The notes beneath the pieces are model-generated. The model ran no database searches and had not been told where the DNA came from. It was given only the letters and a program-made list of their open reading frames with translations. Positions 20,566-30,766 of a stretch of DNA of 64,000 nucleotides are shown in pieces (within the stretch, counting starts at the first letter, position 1; each line of letters begins with the position of its first letter). The translations under genes were made by a program, and so were the position numbers. Source of the DNA: an uncultured Nitrospinota bacterium (GTDB lineage: Bacteria > Tectomicrobia > Entotheonellia > J063 > CAVPRW01); assembly GCA_963707985.1 (NCBI GenBank), contig CAVPRW010000042.1:224001-288000 (forward strand). Direction: 5' to 3'.

Positions 20566-22760
20566 CCGGAGGGGGAAGACGGCAGCGCCGGAAGAGGTCC
20601 GCTGAAGCCAATAGCCATGATGGTTATGTCATCGGCTTGGACAGCGCCGTTCGCAAAGCGCTGGACGTCAGTGTAGAGTCCCTGGCATACGGTCTCGACA
20701 CTTTGCCACTTCGTGGTATTCGACTGCATGACGGTCAACCACGCCAGAACACGTGGAAGGCCGTAGAAATGCTGCGTCGCGTCCTGAGCTTCGGTGACGC
20801 CATCGGAGATCATGACCAGCATATCACCCCCGTGCAACTGCACCCGACCACCGGCATAGGCAAAATCCTCCAGCATACATAAGGCTGGCCCGCCAGCCGA
20901 ATCGAGCACATGGGGGGGCTCGCTCGCCCGCAGCAAAATTGGCGCTTCATGCCCGGCGCTGCACAACTCCATGACCCCACTGCGGACATCGATGATGCCG
21001 GCCAGTGCAGTGACAAAGAGGTTGGTAGGATTATCGCGCGAGATCGCTGCGTTGACCATTGTCATCAGCGTTGCCAACGGTACATGGTCGCGCAGCACCG
21101 CGTGTTTACAGAGGGTCTTGCTCAAGACCATAAACAACGACGCGGGCACGCCCTTGCCAGCGACATCCCCGATCAGAAAGAAAAAATTGTCTCCATCCAG
21201 CATAAAGGCGTCGTACAAATCGCCTCCAACCTCTTCCGCAGGCTCCAGCAGCGCATGAAATGCGATATTGCCGGGAAGACCCGCAATAGCTCCAGGAGCA
21301 GGCACGATGCCCATCTGAATGGCTCGTGCGGCCCTGAGCTCGCCGTCCCTGCGGGCTCTTTCGAGTCTGGCCGCCTCAAGCTCTGCCTGGAGCTCGCGTC
21401 GTTTCTCTGCAACGGCCGCAAATGCCGCCGTCACGAGTACCCCTAGAATTGCCGCATTGCCGACGACCGGAAACGACGGGTCCAAGAGCATCTTCCAGTG
21501 GACAAAGCTGATCAGACTACCCGCGATCAGCGCACTAGAGGCAATCAGCAAAACCGCCACCCCAGAGCCGGGTCCGAGACGCGGCACAAGCGCCATGAGG
21601 ACAGCCGCAACGCTCAGGAACAGCCCCAACTCCAACCATGAGGCCAGCAACGGCCGCACCAGCCGGGTGCCGTCAAGCATGTTTTCGATCGCCTGCGCTT
21701 GGACCTCAACGCCCTCCATGCGGGCAGCAACCGGCGTAGTCACCACGTCGGTTATGCCAATGCCTGTGACCCCGATAATGGCCACGTGGTTGACCAAGGC
21801 ATTGGCCTCGACTTCACTGTTCAGGATAGCCAGGGCGGATATTCGTCTGCGGCGATCAGTGGAATCGGCCTGTGCATAGTACAGCCGGATACGCCCGTCC
21901 GGATCGGTCGCAATGAACGATGTGCCGATCTGCACGCCGCGCACGCCGTGTGGGCCGCCATAGACGTTGTATAAAGGCTCCCCAAAGGCCACACGCAACA
22001 ATTCGAGGGCAAACGTCGGTGCCAATTCCCCATTGACCACCACTAGCAGCGGCATGGCGCGCACCACACCATCCGTATCCCGAACGTCGTTGAGATACCC
22101 CCGACCGGAGGCCGCCTCCTCGATGGGGGACACATTGCTTAAATGCCCGTCATAGGCCTCTACAAGCGCGATCGATAGGTCTCCGTGCATCCTCACCGGC
22201 GTTTGACCACGCGATGGCTGCGCATCGTTCTCGCCGCCACTCATCCCCACGCGGCCGATGACAGACGGCACCCGGCGAAGGGTCTCCGCCAGAATGGCGT
22301 CGTTCGAGGGAAGCCTGGCAAGTTCATCCCGTAACGTTAGGGGGAGGTCCGGTCGATCATCGATGAGCATACTTGGGGATTGTCGGTCAGGTTCTGGCAT
22401 GATCATGTCGAGGCCGACCGCCAACGCGCCCAGTTGGGTGGTAGCATCGATCAATTGCGCCAGACGTGTGCGCGGCCAGGGCCACTGCCCCAACTTCGCC
22501 AGCGTGGGCTCATCGATATCCACAACGACCACTGGGCGCCGTTGGGGCTGGCGCGGGAAGACACGCTGATAGGCGTCGAAGATGCGATAGCGAACCGGAC
22601 TCCAATACCGCTCGCCCAGCCACACGTCGAATACCGCCAGCAGGAGTGTTACCACTATGGCCGCGCGTCGGCCCTGGCCACGGGTCAGCAGCCTGAAGGT
22701 ATTGCTTGACGACCAGCCCCCAGTGTGGCTCTCCGCCGGCAGTGCTGGTTCGCTGGCCAC
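20562..22760 (-). CDS. CHASE2-domain PP2C/SpoIIE (RsbU-like) phosphatase
   Basis: VVVDIDEPTLAKLGQWPWPR; 3 TM; EVGGDLYD, IGDVAGKG, SDGVTEA, DDIT. Confidence 0.92.
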   Translation of the reverse strand: MASEPALPAESHTGGWSSSNTFRLLTRGQGRRAAIVVTLLLAVFDVWLGERYWSPVRYRIFDAYQRVFPRQPQRRPVVVVDIDEPTLAKLGQWPWPRTRLAQLIDATTQLGALAVGLDMIMPEPDRQSPSMLIDDRPDLPLTLRDELARLPSNDAILAETLRRVPSVIGRVGMSGGENDAQPSRGQTPVRMHGDLSIALVEAYDGHLSNVSPIEEAASGRGYLNDVRDTDGVVRAMPLLVVVNGELAPTFALELLRVAFGEPLYNVYGGPHGVRGVQIGTSFIATDPDGRIRLYYAQADSTDRRRRISALAILNSEVEANALVNHVAIIGVTGIGITDVVTTPVAARMEGVEVQAQAIENMLDGTRLVRPLLASWLELGLFLSVAAVLMALVPRLGPGSGVAVLLIASSALIAGSLISFVHWKMLLDPSFPVVGNAAILGVLVTAAFAAVAEKRRELQAELEAARLERARRDGELRAARAIQMGIVPAPGAIAGLPGNIAFHALLEPAEEVGGDLYDAFMLDGDNFFFLIGDVAGKGVPASLFMVLSKTLCKHAVLRDHVPLATLMTMVNAAISRDNPTNLFVTALAGIIDVRSGVMELCSAGHEAPILLRASEPPHVLDSAGGPALCMLEDFAYAGGRVQLHGGDMLVMISDGVTEAQDATQHFYGLPRVLAWLTVMQSNTTKWQSVETVCQGLYTDVQRFANGAVQADDITIMAIGFSGPLPALPSSPSG

Positions 22761-22769
22761 AGGATGCCC

Positions 22770-23726
22770 CTATACGTGAATCACTAAGCCGTCATAGGCG
22801 GTGGAGATTCTCAGCGGTTTGCCTTCGCGCATGATTTCCGCATAGTGAGTGGTCTCCTGAAGAACCGTGTGGATCATCTCATCATCGTACACCGGTTCAT
22901 GATGAAACATACACAGGTGCTTTGCATTGGCGCGCAAACACAGGTCAACGCCGATAGTGTTGCTCGAGTGGCCCCAGTCCTCTTTGATGGTCACCATGTC
23001 GGCCATGGAATACATGGCATCGAAGATCACCAGATCGGCATTGCGATAGAAGTCGACCATGAGCTGGGTTTCCGCCTCCGATTCCAGCTTATGTTCCGCG
23101 TCGGTCGAATAGATCACCACCTTGTCGTTCTTTTCGAAGCGGTACCCGTAGGAATCGCCATGATGCGGCTGGCGTTTGGCCGTAACCCGGAAACCATCGA
23201 TCTCATACTCCTGATCTGCTTCTAACCGGATCAGCGTAATTTCCGCTGCCAATTGGTCCCACTGCACCGGAAAGCAGGGGTCGGAGTGTTGCCGGCGAAA
23301 AGCTTCTTCCATGACGGCGTGACAGCCATGAATGCGAATGGTGTTTCCAGGAATATAGGCCGGGGGAAAAAATGGAAAGCCCATGATATGATCCCAATGC
23401 AGATGCGATATAAAAAAATTATAGACGTGTGGACGGCTGGGGCCGTGCTCTTTCATGATCAGTTGCCCGAGACAGCGCAGCCCGGAGCCCATGTCGCAGA
23501 TCATATAGTCTGTGCCGCCAATGATTTCCACGCAGGAGGAGTTGCCACCGTAGCCGTGACGGATCGGAAAATCCAATTCCTCGTCAATGAATCGCTCGAT
23601 GGCCCCCTCGTCCTCGAATCGCCGACCATTGGTTTGCAGGAGGGCCCGCTTAATTTTTCGCCGAATCCCAGCCCCGTCCAGCGCCACAGGAAGGGATCCG
23701 CGTGTTCCCCAAAACCGTACAAGCAT
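22770..23726 (-). CDS. MBL-fold metallo-hydrolase (possible cyclic-nucleotide phosphodiesterase)
   Basis: MLVRFWGTRGS, GGNSSC, SHLHWDH, WGHSS, FHHEP. Confidence 0.88.
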   Translation of the reverse strand: MLVRFWGTRGSLPVALDGAGIRRKIKRALLQTNGRRFEDEGAIERFIDEELDFPIRHGYGGNSSCVEIIGGTDYMICDMGSGLRCLGQLIMKEHGPSRPHVYNFFISHLHWDHIMGFPFFPPAYIPGNTIRIHGCHAVMEEAFRRQHSDPCFPVQWDQLAAEITLIRLEADQEYEIDGFRVTAKRQPHHGDSYGYRFEKNDKVVIYSTDAEHKLESEAETQLMVDFYRNADLVIFDAMYSMADMVTIKEDWGHSSNTIGVDLCLRANAKHLCMFHHEPVYDDEMIHTVLQETTHYAEIMREGKPLRISTAYDGLVIHV

Positions 23727-23794
23727 CTGCCTCTCCTTTCGCCTTAAAAACGGTGCAGGCATTGCACCAACGCGGCAAGTGCCTGACGCGTGGC

Positions 23795-23915
23795 AGGCTA
23801 TTCCGGCTGCCTTCACTGCGGCAACCAGCGCTATGCACGAGCGACCGAATGAGCAAAACTCCGAGGCCTCTTATGGGACGCTGATCGAGAGTGGCCGTCA
23901 GGTTCGAAGGCGGCA
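23795..23915 (-). pseudogene. RsbW-like anti-sigma kinase (HATPase) C-terminal relic
   Basis: PPSNLTATLDQRPIRGLGVLLIRSLV..RSEGSRN resembles the RsbW G-box tail (PDL..RPIGGLGIHLVRSLMD..Y.REGGRN); N-terminal part absent. Confidence 0.65.
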
Positions 23916-23960
23916 TGGTCAGGACGCCGCGCTGGTAACGGCATAGTCGCCATAGTAGGC

Positions 23961-24365
23961 TCATGATGGATGGTCATACGCCAAAGCAGCCGCGGGTGAG
24001 ATGGCTTCCAAGGCCTCCCGCACCGTCGTAAACACCTTGAAGACCGTCTCAAGACGGCCGATTCTGAACACATCCTGCAACAGAGGCTGCAACTCGGCAA
24101 TGACAATCTCGCTGTTTTGTCTCTGACATTGCTTCGCCGCGAGGATGAGCACCCGCAAGCCAGCGCTGCTCATATACTCTACACCGTTTAAATCGAGCAG
24201 CGCCTTCTTGTCCTCGCCTGAGTACCCGTCAAGTAGTGGCAAAAGTGTGTCTTCGAAGGCTTTGGCGGTTGTGTGATCGATGCGTCCTATCACTTGCACC
24301 AGGACGACGTTTGCAAGTTCCTGCGCCCGACACTCCATTGGCTGCACCTCGCTGTATTCTATCAT
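23961..24365 (-). CDS. STAS-domain anti-anti-sigma factor (RsbV-like)
   Basis: GRIDHTTA, LLDLNGVEYMSSAGLRVL with the phosphoacceptor Ser. Confidence 0.92.
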   Translation of the reverse strand: MIEYSEVQPMECRAQELANVVLVQVIGRIDHTTAKAFEDTLLPLLDGYSGEDKKALLDLNGVEYMSSAGLRVLILAAKQCQRQNSEIVIAELQPLLQDVFRIGRLETVFKVFTTVREALEAISPAAALAYDHPS

Positions 24366-24899
24366 AGCGCAGAAGTAGGAGGTGTATGTGCGTGATGCTC
24401 ATGTTGTCCATGTTGTCCATGGAGAAAACCGCCGATGATCCGTGCCCACTATACCACTATCTCGTCGTCGTGTCGCGCGGCTCGGTCCGCTTCCCTGATG
24501 AAGTCGGATTGGCTATTCCACGCAGAAGATCCGTTCCCAATGTTCTTTCCAAGCGGTCCCACCTATAGCTGAAGGATGACCCCGAGTCACGCATTTTTCT
24601 TGACATGCGCGCGCCCCACGGTGTACAGAAAAGAAACTTTACCACGCCTGACTGTACAGACCTGATGCCACGGATACTGTCCCTACCAAAAATGCCTACG
24701 GAGGTCATCGTCGCTAAGGAACTCGCTGATGCAGCCCCGACTTTCCTCCCCCGCCTTGCGGACTGTAAAAGTTATGACTTCCCTATTTGACGAAGGCACT
24801 CAACCAATTGGGATGCCATCCTGCCTTCGGAGTCGACCAAGCTCAAGAGTTGGGCCGGAAAAATGGGCTTGCCAGCAGATGATCAGCGCTGTCGTCATT

Positions 24900-24937
24900 C
24901 AGGCATGATAGTATCGCGCAGGCATGATAGTATCGCG
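24900..24937 (+). repeat. 19-bp tandem duplication (CAGGCATGATAGTATCGCG x2)
   Basis: Direct copies at 24900 and 24919, upstream of the second CHASE2-cyclase. Confidence 0.9.
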
Positions 24938-25011
24938 CCTTGATGAGTGCATGCGGTGAAGCCACAGGAATCGACAGGAAGGCATTGGTGCATGGAGTGG
25001 TGGAAAAACCT

Positions 25012-27072
25012 ATGAATGAGAGGATCTGGCCCCTCCTGAAAGCTGGCATCATCGGCGTAGCTGCCTTCGTGGTCGTGCTTATTGTCACCAACCTGCCTTT
25101 CCTCTTCCTCCTCGAGCTCAAGGGCTTGGACCTCCTGTTCCTCCTCCGAGGCTCCCTTCCCCCTCCGCCCGAAATCGTCATCGTTGCTATCGACGAGCCT
25201 TCCTTGGCCGAGATCTCCAAGCAATGGCCGTGGCCCCGAAGCATTCATGCCCACTTGATCGAGCAACTGAAAAAAGCTGGGGCCAGGGTTATCGGCTTCG
25301 ATATCCTCTTTACGGAGCGCTCACACCCGGATGATGACAAGGCTCTGGAACGAGCGATGCAGGAGGTCAGCAACGTCGTCCTCCTGAGCGAGCAGGTCAC
25401 TATCGACGATTCTCTCTATCGCAACACGATCCGGATGGATCCTATCGAGCCCTTCAAAGCGGTCGCTGTTGCAGGGCTCAGCAGCCTCCAAATCTACCCT
25501 GATGGGACCGTCAGGCGGGCCCGCCTCGAGTTCCCTGACATTTCCTCCTTCGCCCTCCAGGTCGCCCGGCTCTATATGGCCGATCAGGTTACTCAGCCAA
25601 CTAAGACCCAGCCTCCTGCAGGAAAAAAGAGGGAATGGCGCGATCCTTCCAAGGAGGTCCTGATCAACTATCTGGGCCCGCCAAGGACCGTGAAGACAGT
25701 TTCGTACTATCAGGCCCTCGAATATGACCGGATGCTGCCGCCGGGGATCTTTGCTGGCAAGATCGTGCTCGTCGGCCGATCGACTCAGACAGCGCCTGAA
25801 CCTCAGCGCACGGCCCCCGATGTCTTCCCCACCCCTTTCTTAGTTAGCGCGGAAAGTCTCACGCCTGGAGTGGAGATCCAGGCCACAATTATCAGTAATA
25901 TCCTGACGGGTCGATTTGTAACTGAGCTGACCCCGATGGCGCGACTGGGTCTCCTGATGCTTCTAGCCCTGGTCGGGAGCCTCTCGCAACTGTGGCTCAG
26001 GCCCCTAGCCGGCCTGGTGGTGACCCTTGCCCTCTCGGCTCTCTTCCTCGGAATCGCTACCACGCTCTTTACGAGCAGGGCTCTGTGGCTTCCCCTCGTT
26101 GTCGGCACGCTTCAACTCGGCTTGGTCCACGGTGGACACCTCGTGGCTAATATGGTTACCGAACGCAGAACAAAGGAACGCATCAAAGGCACATTCGAAA
26201 CATACATGGATCCTAGGATCGTTCAAACGGTTATCCAGCAATCCACCGCCATTAAGACAAGTGGGGAGAAGCGAGTAGTAACCGTCTTTTTTTCGGATAT
26301 GGAGAAATTTACTTCTATAAGTGAGCAAATGACACCAGCTGCATTAGTCAATATGATAAATCAATATTTGACAATGGCATCTGAATCAATAAGGCGTCAC
26401 AATGGTATTATAGACAAATATATTGGCGATGCAATTATGGCCTTTTGGAGCCCACCATTTATCAATGAAGATGAACATGCAAAGTTAGCTTGTTTTGCAG
26501 CTCTTGAACAGCTATCAATACTTAATGAATTCAGGAAAATGCTTCCTGATATTACAGGATTCAGAAAAGGGTTACCTCATATCGATATACGAGTTGGACT
26601 AGCGACAGGTGAGGCCATTTTAGGTAACATTGGTTCGCATATTTCGAGAAATTATACCGTCATGGGTGATACGGTAAATATTGCATCGCGTCTAGAGAGT
26701 GCCAGTAAGCAGTATGGTACTCGGTTGTTGATTAGTGAACAAACTCAAGTGATGGCAAGAGATGTGATCGAGACGCGTGAATTGGATTCCATCCGAGTGA
26801 TGGGCAAATCTGACCCAGTGCGTGTATTCGAATTGCTTGCACGCAAAGGAGATTTGGGATTGGCTGCTGCTGATTTGAAAGAGAGGTCTGAGCGGGGTCT
26901 CGCGGCCTATCGAGATCGTGACTGGGATCGAGCGCAAGCCGATTTTGCAGCCTGCTTAGAGATCGATCCTGGGGATGCCCCTGCGAAATTATTTGTGGCG
27001 CGGTTGCAGTATTTGCGCGACCATCCGCCGGCAGACAATTGGGACGGCGTGTGGTCTCTCGCTGAAAAATAG
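25012..27072 (+). CDS. CHASE2-domain class III adenylate cyclase with C-terminal TPR-like tail
   Basis: IVIVAIDEPSL..QWPWPR; 3 TM; FSDMEKFT, DKYIGDAIMAFW, NYTVMGDTVNIASRLE; tail PPADNWDGVW. Confidence 0.92.
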   Translation: MNERIWPLLKAGIIGVAAFVVVLIVTNLPFLFLLELKGLDLLFLLRGSLPPPPEIVIVAIDEPSLAEISKQWPWPRSIHAHLIEQLKKAGARVIGFDILFTERSHPDDDKALERAMQEVSNVVLLSEQVTIDDSLYRNTIRMDPIEPFKAVAVAGLSSLQIYPDGTVRRARLEFPDISSFALQVARLYMADQVTQPTKTQPPAGKKREWRDPSKEVLINYLGPPRTVKTVSYYQALEYDRMLPPGIFAGKIVLVGRSTQTAPEPQRTAPDVFPTPFLVSAESLTPGVEIQATIISNILTGRFVTELTPMARLGLLMLLALVGSLSQLWLRPLAGLVVTLALSALFLGIATTLFTSRALWLPLVVGTLQLGLVHGGHLVANMVTERRTKERIKGTFETYMDPRIVQTVIQQSTAIKTSGEKRVVTVFFSDMEKFTSISEQMTPAALVNMINQYLTMASESIRRHNGIIDKYIGDAIMAFWSPPFINEDEHAKLACFAALEQLSILNEFRKMLPDITGFRKGLPHIDIRVGLATGEAILGNIGSHISRNYTVMGDTVNIASRLESASKQYGTRLLISEQTQVMARDVIETRELDSIRVMGKSDPVRVFELLARKGDLGLAAADLKERSERGLAAYRDRDWDRAQADFAACLEIDPGDAPAKLFVARLQYLRDHPPADNWDGVWSLAEK

Positions 27073-27128
27073 CCTGTTTGGCGTGGTCCCTATGCAGTGG
27101 GCCAACATTCGCCATTGAGCCAACAAAT

Positions 27129-27933
27129 ATGATGCGTGCGTATAATGGTGCGCCCAAGCTCCAGGTTCAGGATGCTCATCTCAGGTTCGGCGGCCTGCGA
27201 GCGCTCCAGGGAGTGAGTATCGACGTCTATGGCGGTGAGATCGTCGCCATCATTGGCCCCAACGGTGCCGGAAAGACCACGCTCCTGAATGCCATCAGTG
27301 GCGTCTATCATCCCGCCCAAGGGCGCATTCTCTTGGATGGACAGGATCGGACTGTTTCTCCCTCCCAGCCTCGTCGCCAGGCTCGGCATCTCGCGCACAT
27401 TTCAGAATGTGGCGCTGTTCCGCGGCATGAGCGTCCTCGATAATATCATGGTCGGACGCCACTGCCATATGCGCGCTGGGGTGCTATCGGCAGGGTTCTT
27501 CTGGGGTCTGGCACAGCGCGAGGAGATCCGCCACCGCGCCACGGTCGAGCGCATTATCGACTTCCTAGAGATCAATCACCTCCGTAAAGCCCCGGCGGGA
27601 ACGCTGCCATACGGCATCCAGAAGCGCGTCGAACTGGGACGGGCGCTCGCTGCTGAACCGAAATTACTCCTGCTCGACGAACCCATGGCGGGCATGAATC
27701 TCGAAGAAAAGGAGGACATGGCACGCTTTATCTTGGATGTGAACGATGAGTGGGGCACCGCCATAGTACTCATCGAGCACGACATGGGGGTCGTGATGGA
27801 CATCTCTCACCGCGTCGTGGTCCTGGATCATGGCGAGAAGATCGCTGAAGGCACACCGGATGCCGTCCGCGCTGACCCGGTGGTGGTACGTGCCTACCTC
27901 GGCGCGGATGGCGAAGACAAGGGAGGAGCCTGA
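27129..27933 (+). CDS. Branched-chain/fatty-acid ABC transporter ATPase, LivG-like (frameshift near 27354)
   Basis: GPNGAGKTT, RTFQN, LPYGIQKRVEL, LLLDEP, IEHDM split across two frames. Confidence 0.88.
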
Positions 27934-27935
27934 GC

Positions 27936-29852
27936 GTGGCCGCAGTCGGCGACACCATCCCGAAACTGCTGCTGGCGAATGCCCAGCATTATGGTCATCG
28001 TCAGACGGCCATGCGGGAGAAGCAGTATGGGATCTGGCAAGCCTACAGTTGGGCGCGATATCTGGAGCAGGTGAAGGACTTTGCGCTCGGGCTCGCCAGG
28101 TTAGGCTTTCGACGCGATGACAAACTGGCCATCATCGGCGACAATCGCCCCCAACTCTACTGGGCGCTGGTGGCGGCTGAAGCCCTCGGGGGCATGCCAG
28201 TTCCCATTTATCAGGATGCCATCGCCACGGAAATGCAATATGTCATCGATCACTCCGACGCCAGGGTGGTCCTGGCCGAGGATCAGGAGCAGGTGGATAA
28301 GTTCATAGAGATGCGGGACCAGCTGCCTAAGGTCGAGTATGTGATTTACAGCGATCCAAAAGGGATGCGCCATTATACCTTTCCGTATCTCTTGAGCTTC
28401 ACGGAAGTTCAACAGCAAGGCCGTCTCTTCGGACAAGCGCACCCAGGCTACATTGAGGAGGCGGTGCACAACGGACAGGCTGAAGACGTGGCCATCATCA
28501 ACTACACCTCAGGAACGACCGGCGTCCCTAAGGGCGTGATGTTGACCCACCGCAACCTGATCACCACGGCGACGAGCTACCTCAAGGTCGACTCTCTGAG
28601 CGCACGCGACGAGATCATGGCGTATCTCCCCATGGCCTGGATCGGCGACACCTTCTTCTCCGTGGCGTTGTCTTTTCTCACAGGTGCGACCGTCAATTGC
28701 CCAGAAGACACGATGACGGTCCGTCAGGATTTCCGTGAAATCGGCCCGACCGTTACCTTTGCCCCGCCGCGCATCTGGGAAAATCTCCTATCGCAGGCGC
28801 AGGTGAAAATCGGCGATGCCGGTTGGCTACAACGCACTCTCTGCCAGAGCTTTCTCAGCATTGGTATGCAAGCCGCCAGGCAGCGTCTGGAGGGGAAGCC
28901 ATGCTCGCTCAAGCTGCGGCTCTTGACGCAGCTGGGGGAGTGGTTGGTCTACGCGCCGTTGCGGGACCAGCTTGGGTTGAGACGCCTCAGAGCCGCTACG
29001 ACGGGCGGGGCAGCCATCGGGCCGGAGGTGATCCAGTCCTTTCGCGCTATCGGGGTGAATCTCAAACAGCTTTACGGCATGACTGAGTGCTCGGCACCGG
29101 CGACGGTGCAGAGGGATGGGGCGGTCAAGGTGGATAGCGCCGGGCCCTGCATTCCTGGGGTGGAGGTGAAGATCAGCGACAGTGGCGAGGTGTTACTCCG
29201 TGGTCCAGGCCTTTTTGTTGGCTATTATAAAGCCCCAGAGGTCACGAATACAGCGCTCATCGATGGCTGGTTGGGCACTGGTGATGCAGGTTTTCTCGAT
29301 GCGGACGGCCACCTGGTGATCATCGACCGCGTCAAAGATGTCTCCCATCTACTCGACGGTGCGGTCTTCGCACCACAATACATCGAGAACCGTCTGAAAT
29401 TCAGCCCCTACATCAAGGAAGCCGTGGCAGCGGGCCATGAACGGCCTTACGTCGTCGCCATGATCAATATCGATCTGGAAGTCATCGGCAACTGGGCCGA
29501 AAGGCGCGGTATCCCTTATTCGGGCTATGCCGACCTGGCACAGACGCTTGAGGTCTACGATGTGATCCGGCACGAGATTCAACGCGTGAATGCAAGCCTC
29601 AATGCACCGTTGCGCATCCAGAAGTTCGTGCTGTTACACAAGGAGTTGGATCCGGATGATGCCGAAATCACTCGCACGCGCAAGCTGAGGCGTCGCTTCG
29701 TTTATGACAAATATCAGGAGATCTTCGATGCCATGTATGCCGAGGGTGTGCCCGAGGTCAAAGTGCGGGCGACCGTGACCTACGAGGATGGGCGCACGTC
29801 TGAAAGCGAACGTGTGCTGAGGATCAGCGCGGTCGTCGACAGAGGAGTGTAG
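27936..29852 (+). CDS. Long-chain acyl-CoA synthetase (AMP-binding)
   Basis: YTSGTTGVPKG, YGMTE, TGDAG, IIDRVKD. Confidence 0.92.
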   Translation: MAAVGDTIPKLLLANAQHYGHRQTAMREKQYGIWQAYSWARYLEQVKDFALGLARLGFRRDDKLAIIGDNRPQLYWALVAAEALGGMPVPIYQDAIATEMQYVIDHSDARVVLAEDQEQVDKFIEMRDQLPKVEYVIYSDPKGMRHYTFPYLLSFTEVQQQGRLFGQAHPGYIEEAVHNGQAEDVAIINYTSGTTGVPKGVMLTHRNLITTATSYLKVDSLSARDEIMAYLPMAWIGDTFFSVALSFLTGATVNCPEDTMTVRQDFREIGPTVTFAPPRIWENLLSQAQVKIGDAGWLQRTLCQSFLSIGMQAARQRLEGKPCSLKLRLLTQLGEWLVYAPLRDQLGLRRLRAATTGGAAIGPEVIQSFRAIGVNLKQLYGMTECSAPATVQRDGAVKVDSAGPCIPGVEVKISDSGEVLLRGPGLFVGYYKAPEVTNTALIDGWLGTGDAGFLDADGHLVIIDRVKDVSHLLDGAVFAPQYIENRLKFSPYIKEAVAAGHERPYVVAMINIDLEVIGNWAERRGIPYSGYADLAQTLEVYDVIRHEIQRVNASLNAPLRIQKFVLLHKELDPDDAEITRTRKLRRRFVYDKYQEIFDAMYAEGVPEVKVRATVTYEDGRTSESERVLRISAVVDRGV

Positions 29853-29855
29853 CCG

Positions 29856-30746
29856 ATGTCCGGCGAACTATTATTCGCCGTTGAACTGGGGGTCAGTGGC
29901 CTGCTCGTGGGCATCATGTATGCCCTGGTGGCATTAGGGTTTGTGCTAATCTACAAGGCCTCGGCCGTCTTCAATTTTGCGCAAGGAGCCATGACGCTGT
30001 TCGCCGCCTTGGCGCTGGTCGGGTTCATCCCCTATCTCGGCATGGCCGGGGCGCTGGTCGCAGTGGTTATCCTCATGGCGTTGCTGGCGCTGGGGATTGA
30101 ACGCATCATCCTACGTCCCCTCGTCGCTAGACCCCCGTTGTCGCTGTTCATGGCCACCATCGGCTTAGGCTTCTTCCTGGAGGGGTTCTCTCAGGCGCTG
30201 TGGGGGACACAGCCGAAGGGCCTCGACATCGGCATCTCTGACACCCCATTCGAGGTGGCGGGCATTTTTATCAGCCGCCTGGATCTTCTGGGCGCCATCG
30301 TCGCCACCTTGCTTGTGTTGGCGCTGGTATGGTTCTTTCAGTGCACGACCACGGGGCTCGGTCTGCGAGCCGTGTCCGACGATCATGAGGCCGCCCTCGC
30401 GGTTGGTATCCCACTGAGGCAGGCATGGACGGTGACCTGGGCCATCGCCGGCATGGTAGCCGTTGTGGCGGGGATTCTGTGGGGGACTCGCTTGGGGGTC
30501 CAATTTAGTTTGTCGCTGGTGGCCTTGAAGGCACTGCCGGTACTGATCATTGGTGGGCTGGAGAGCATTCCAGGAGCCATCATCGGCGGGCTGATCGTGG
30601 GGGCAACCGAAAGGCTGGTGGGCGGGTTTATCGATCCTTACGTCGGTGGCGGGCTCAAGGATTTTTCCCCGTACGTGTTAGCCCTGGTGTTTCTCATCTT
30701 CCGGCCGTATGGGCTGTTTGGTCGAGAAATCATTGAACGGGTGTAG
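29856..30746 (+). CDS. HAAT-family ABC permease (LivH-like)
   Basis: MYALVALGFVLIYK..FNFAQG; IIGGLESIPGAIIGG. Confidence 0.92.
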   Translation: MSGELLFAVELGVSGLLVGIMYALVALGFVLIYKASAVFNFAQGAMTLFAALALVGFIPYLGMAGALVAVVILMALLALGIERIILRPLVARPPLSLFMATIGLGFFLEGFSQALWGTQPKGLDIGISDTPFEVAGIFISRLDLLGAIVATLLVLALVWFFQCTTTGLGLRAVSDDHEAALAVGIPLRQAWTVTWAIAGMVAVVAGILWGTRLGVQFSLSLVALKALPVLIIGGLESIPGAIIGGLIVGATERLVGGFIDPYVGGGLKDFSPYVLALVFLIFRPYGLFGREIIERV

Positions 30747-30766
30747 AGAAGGGAGCACGGGTTCCC

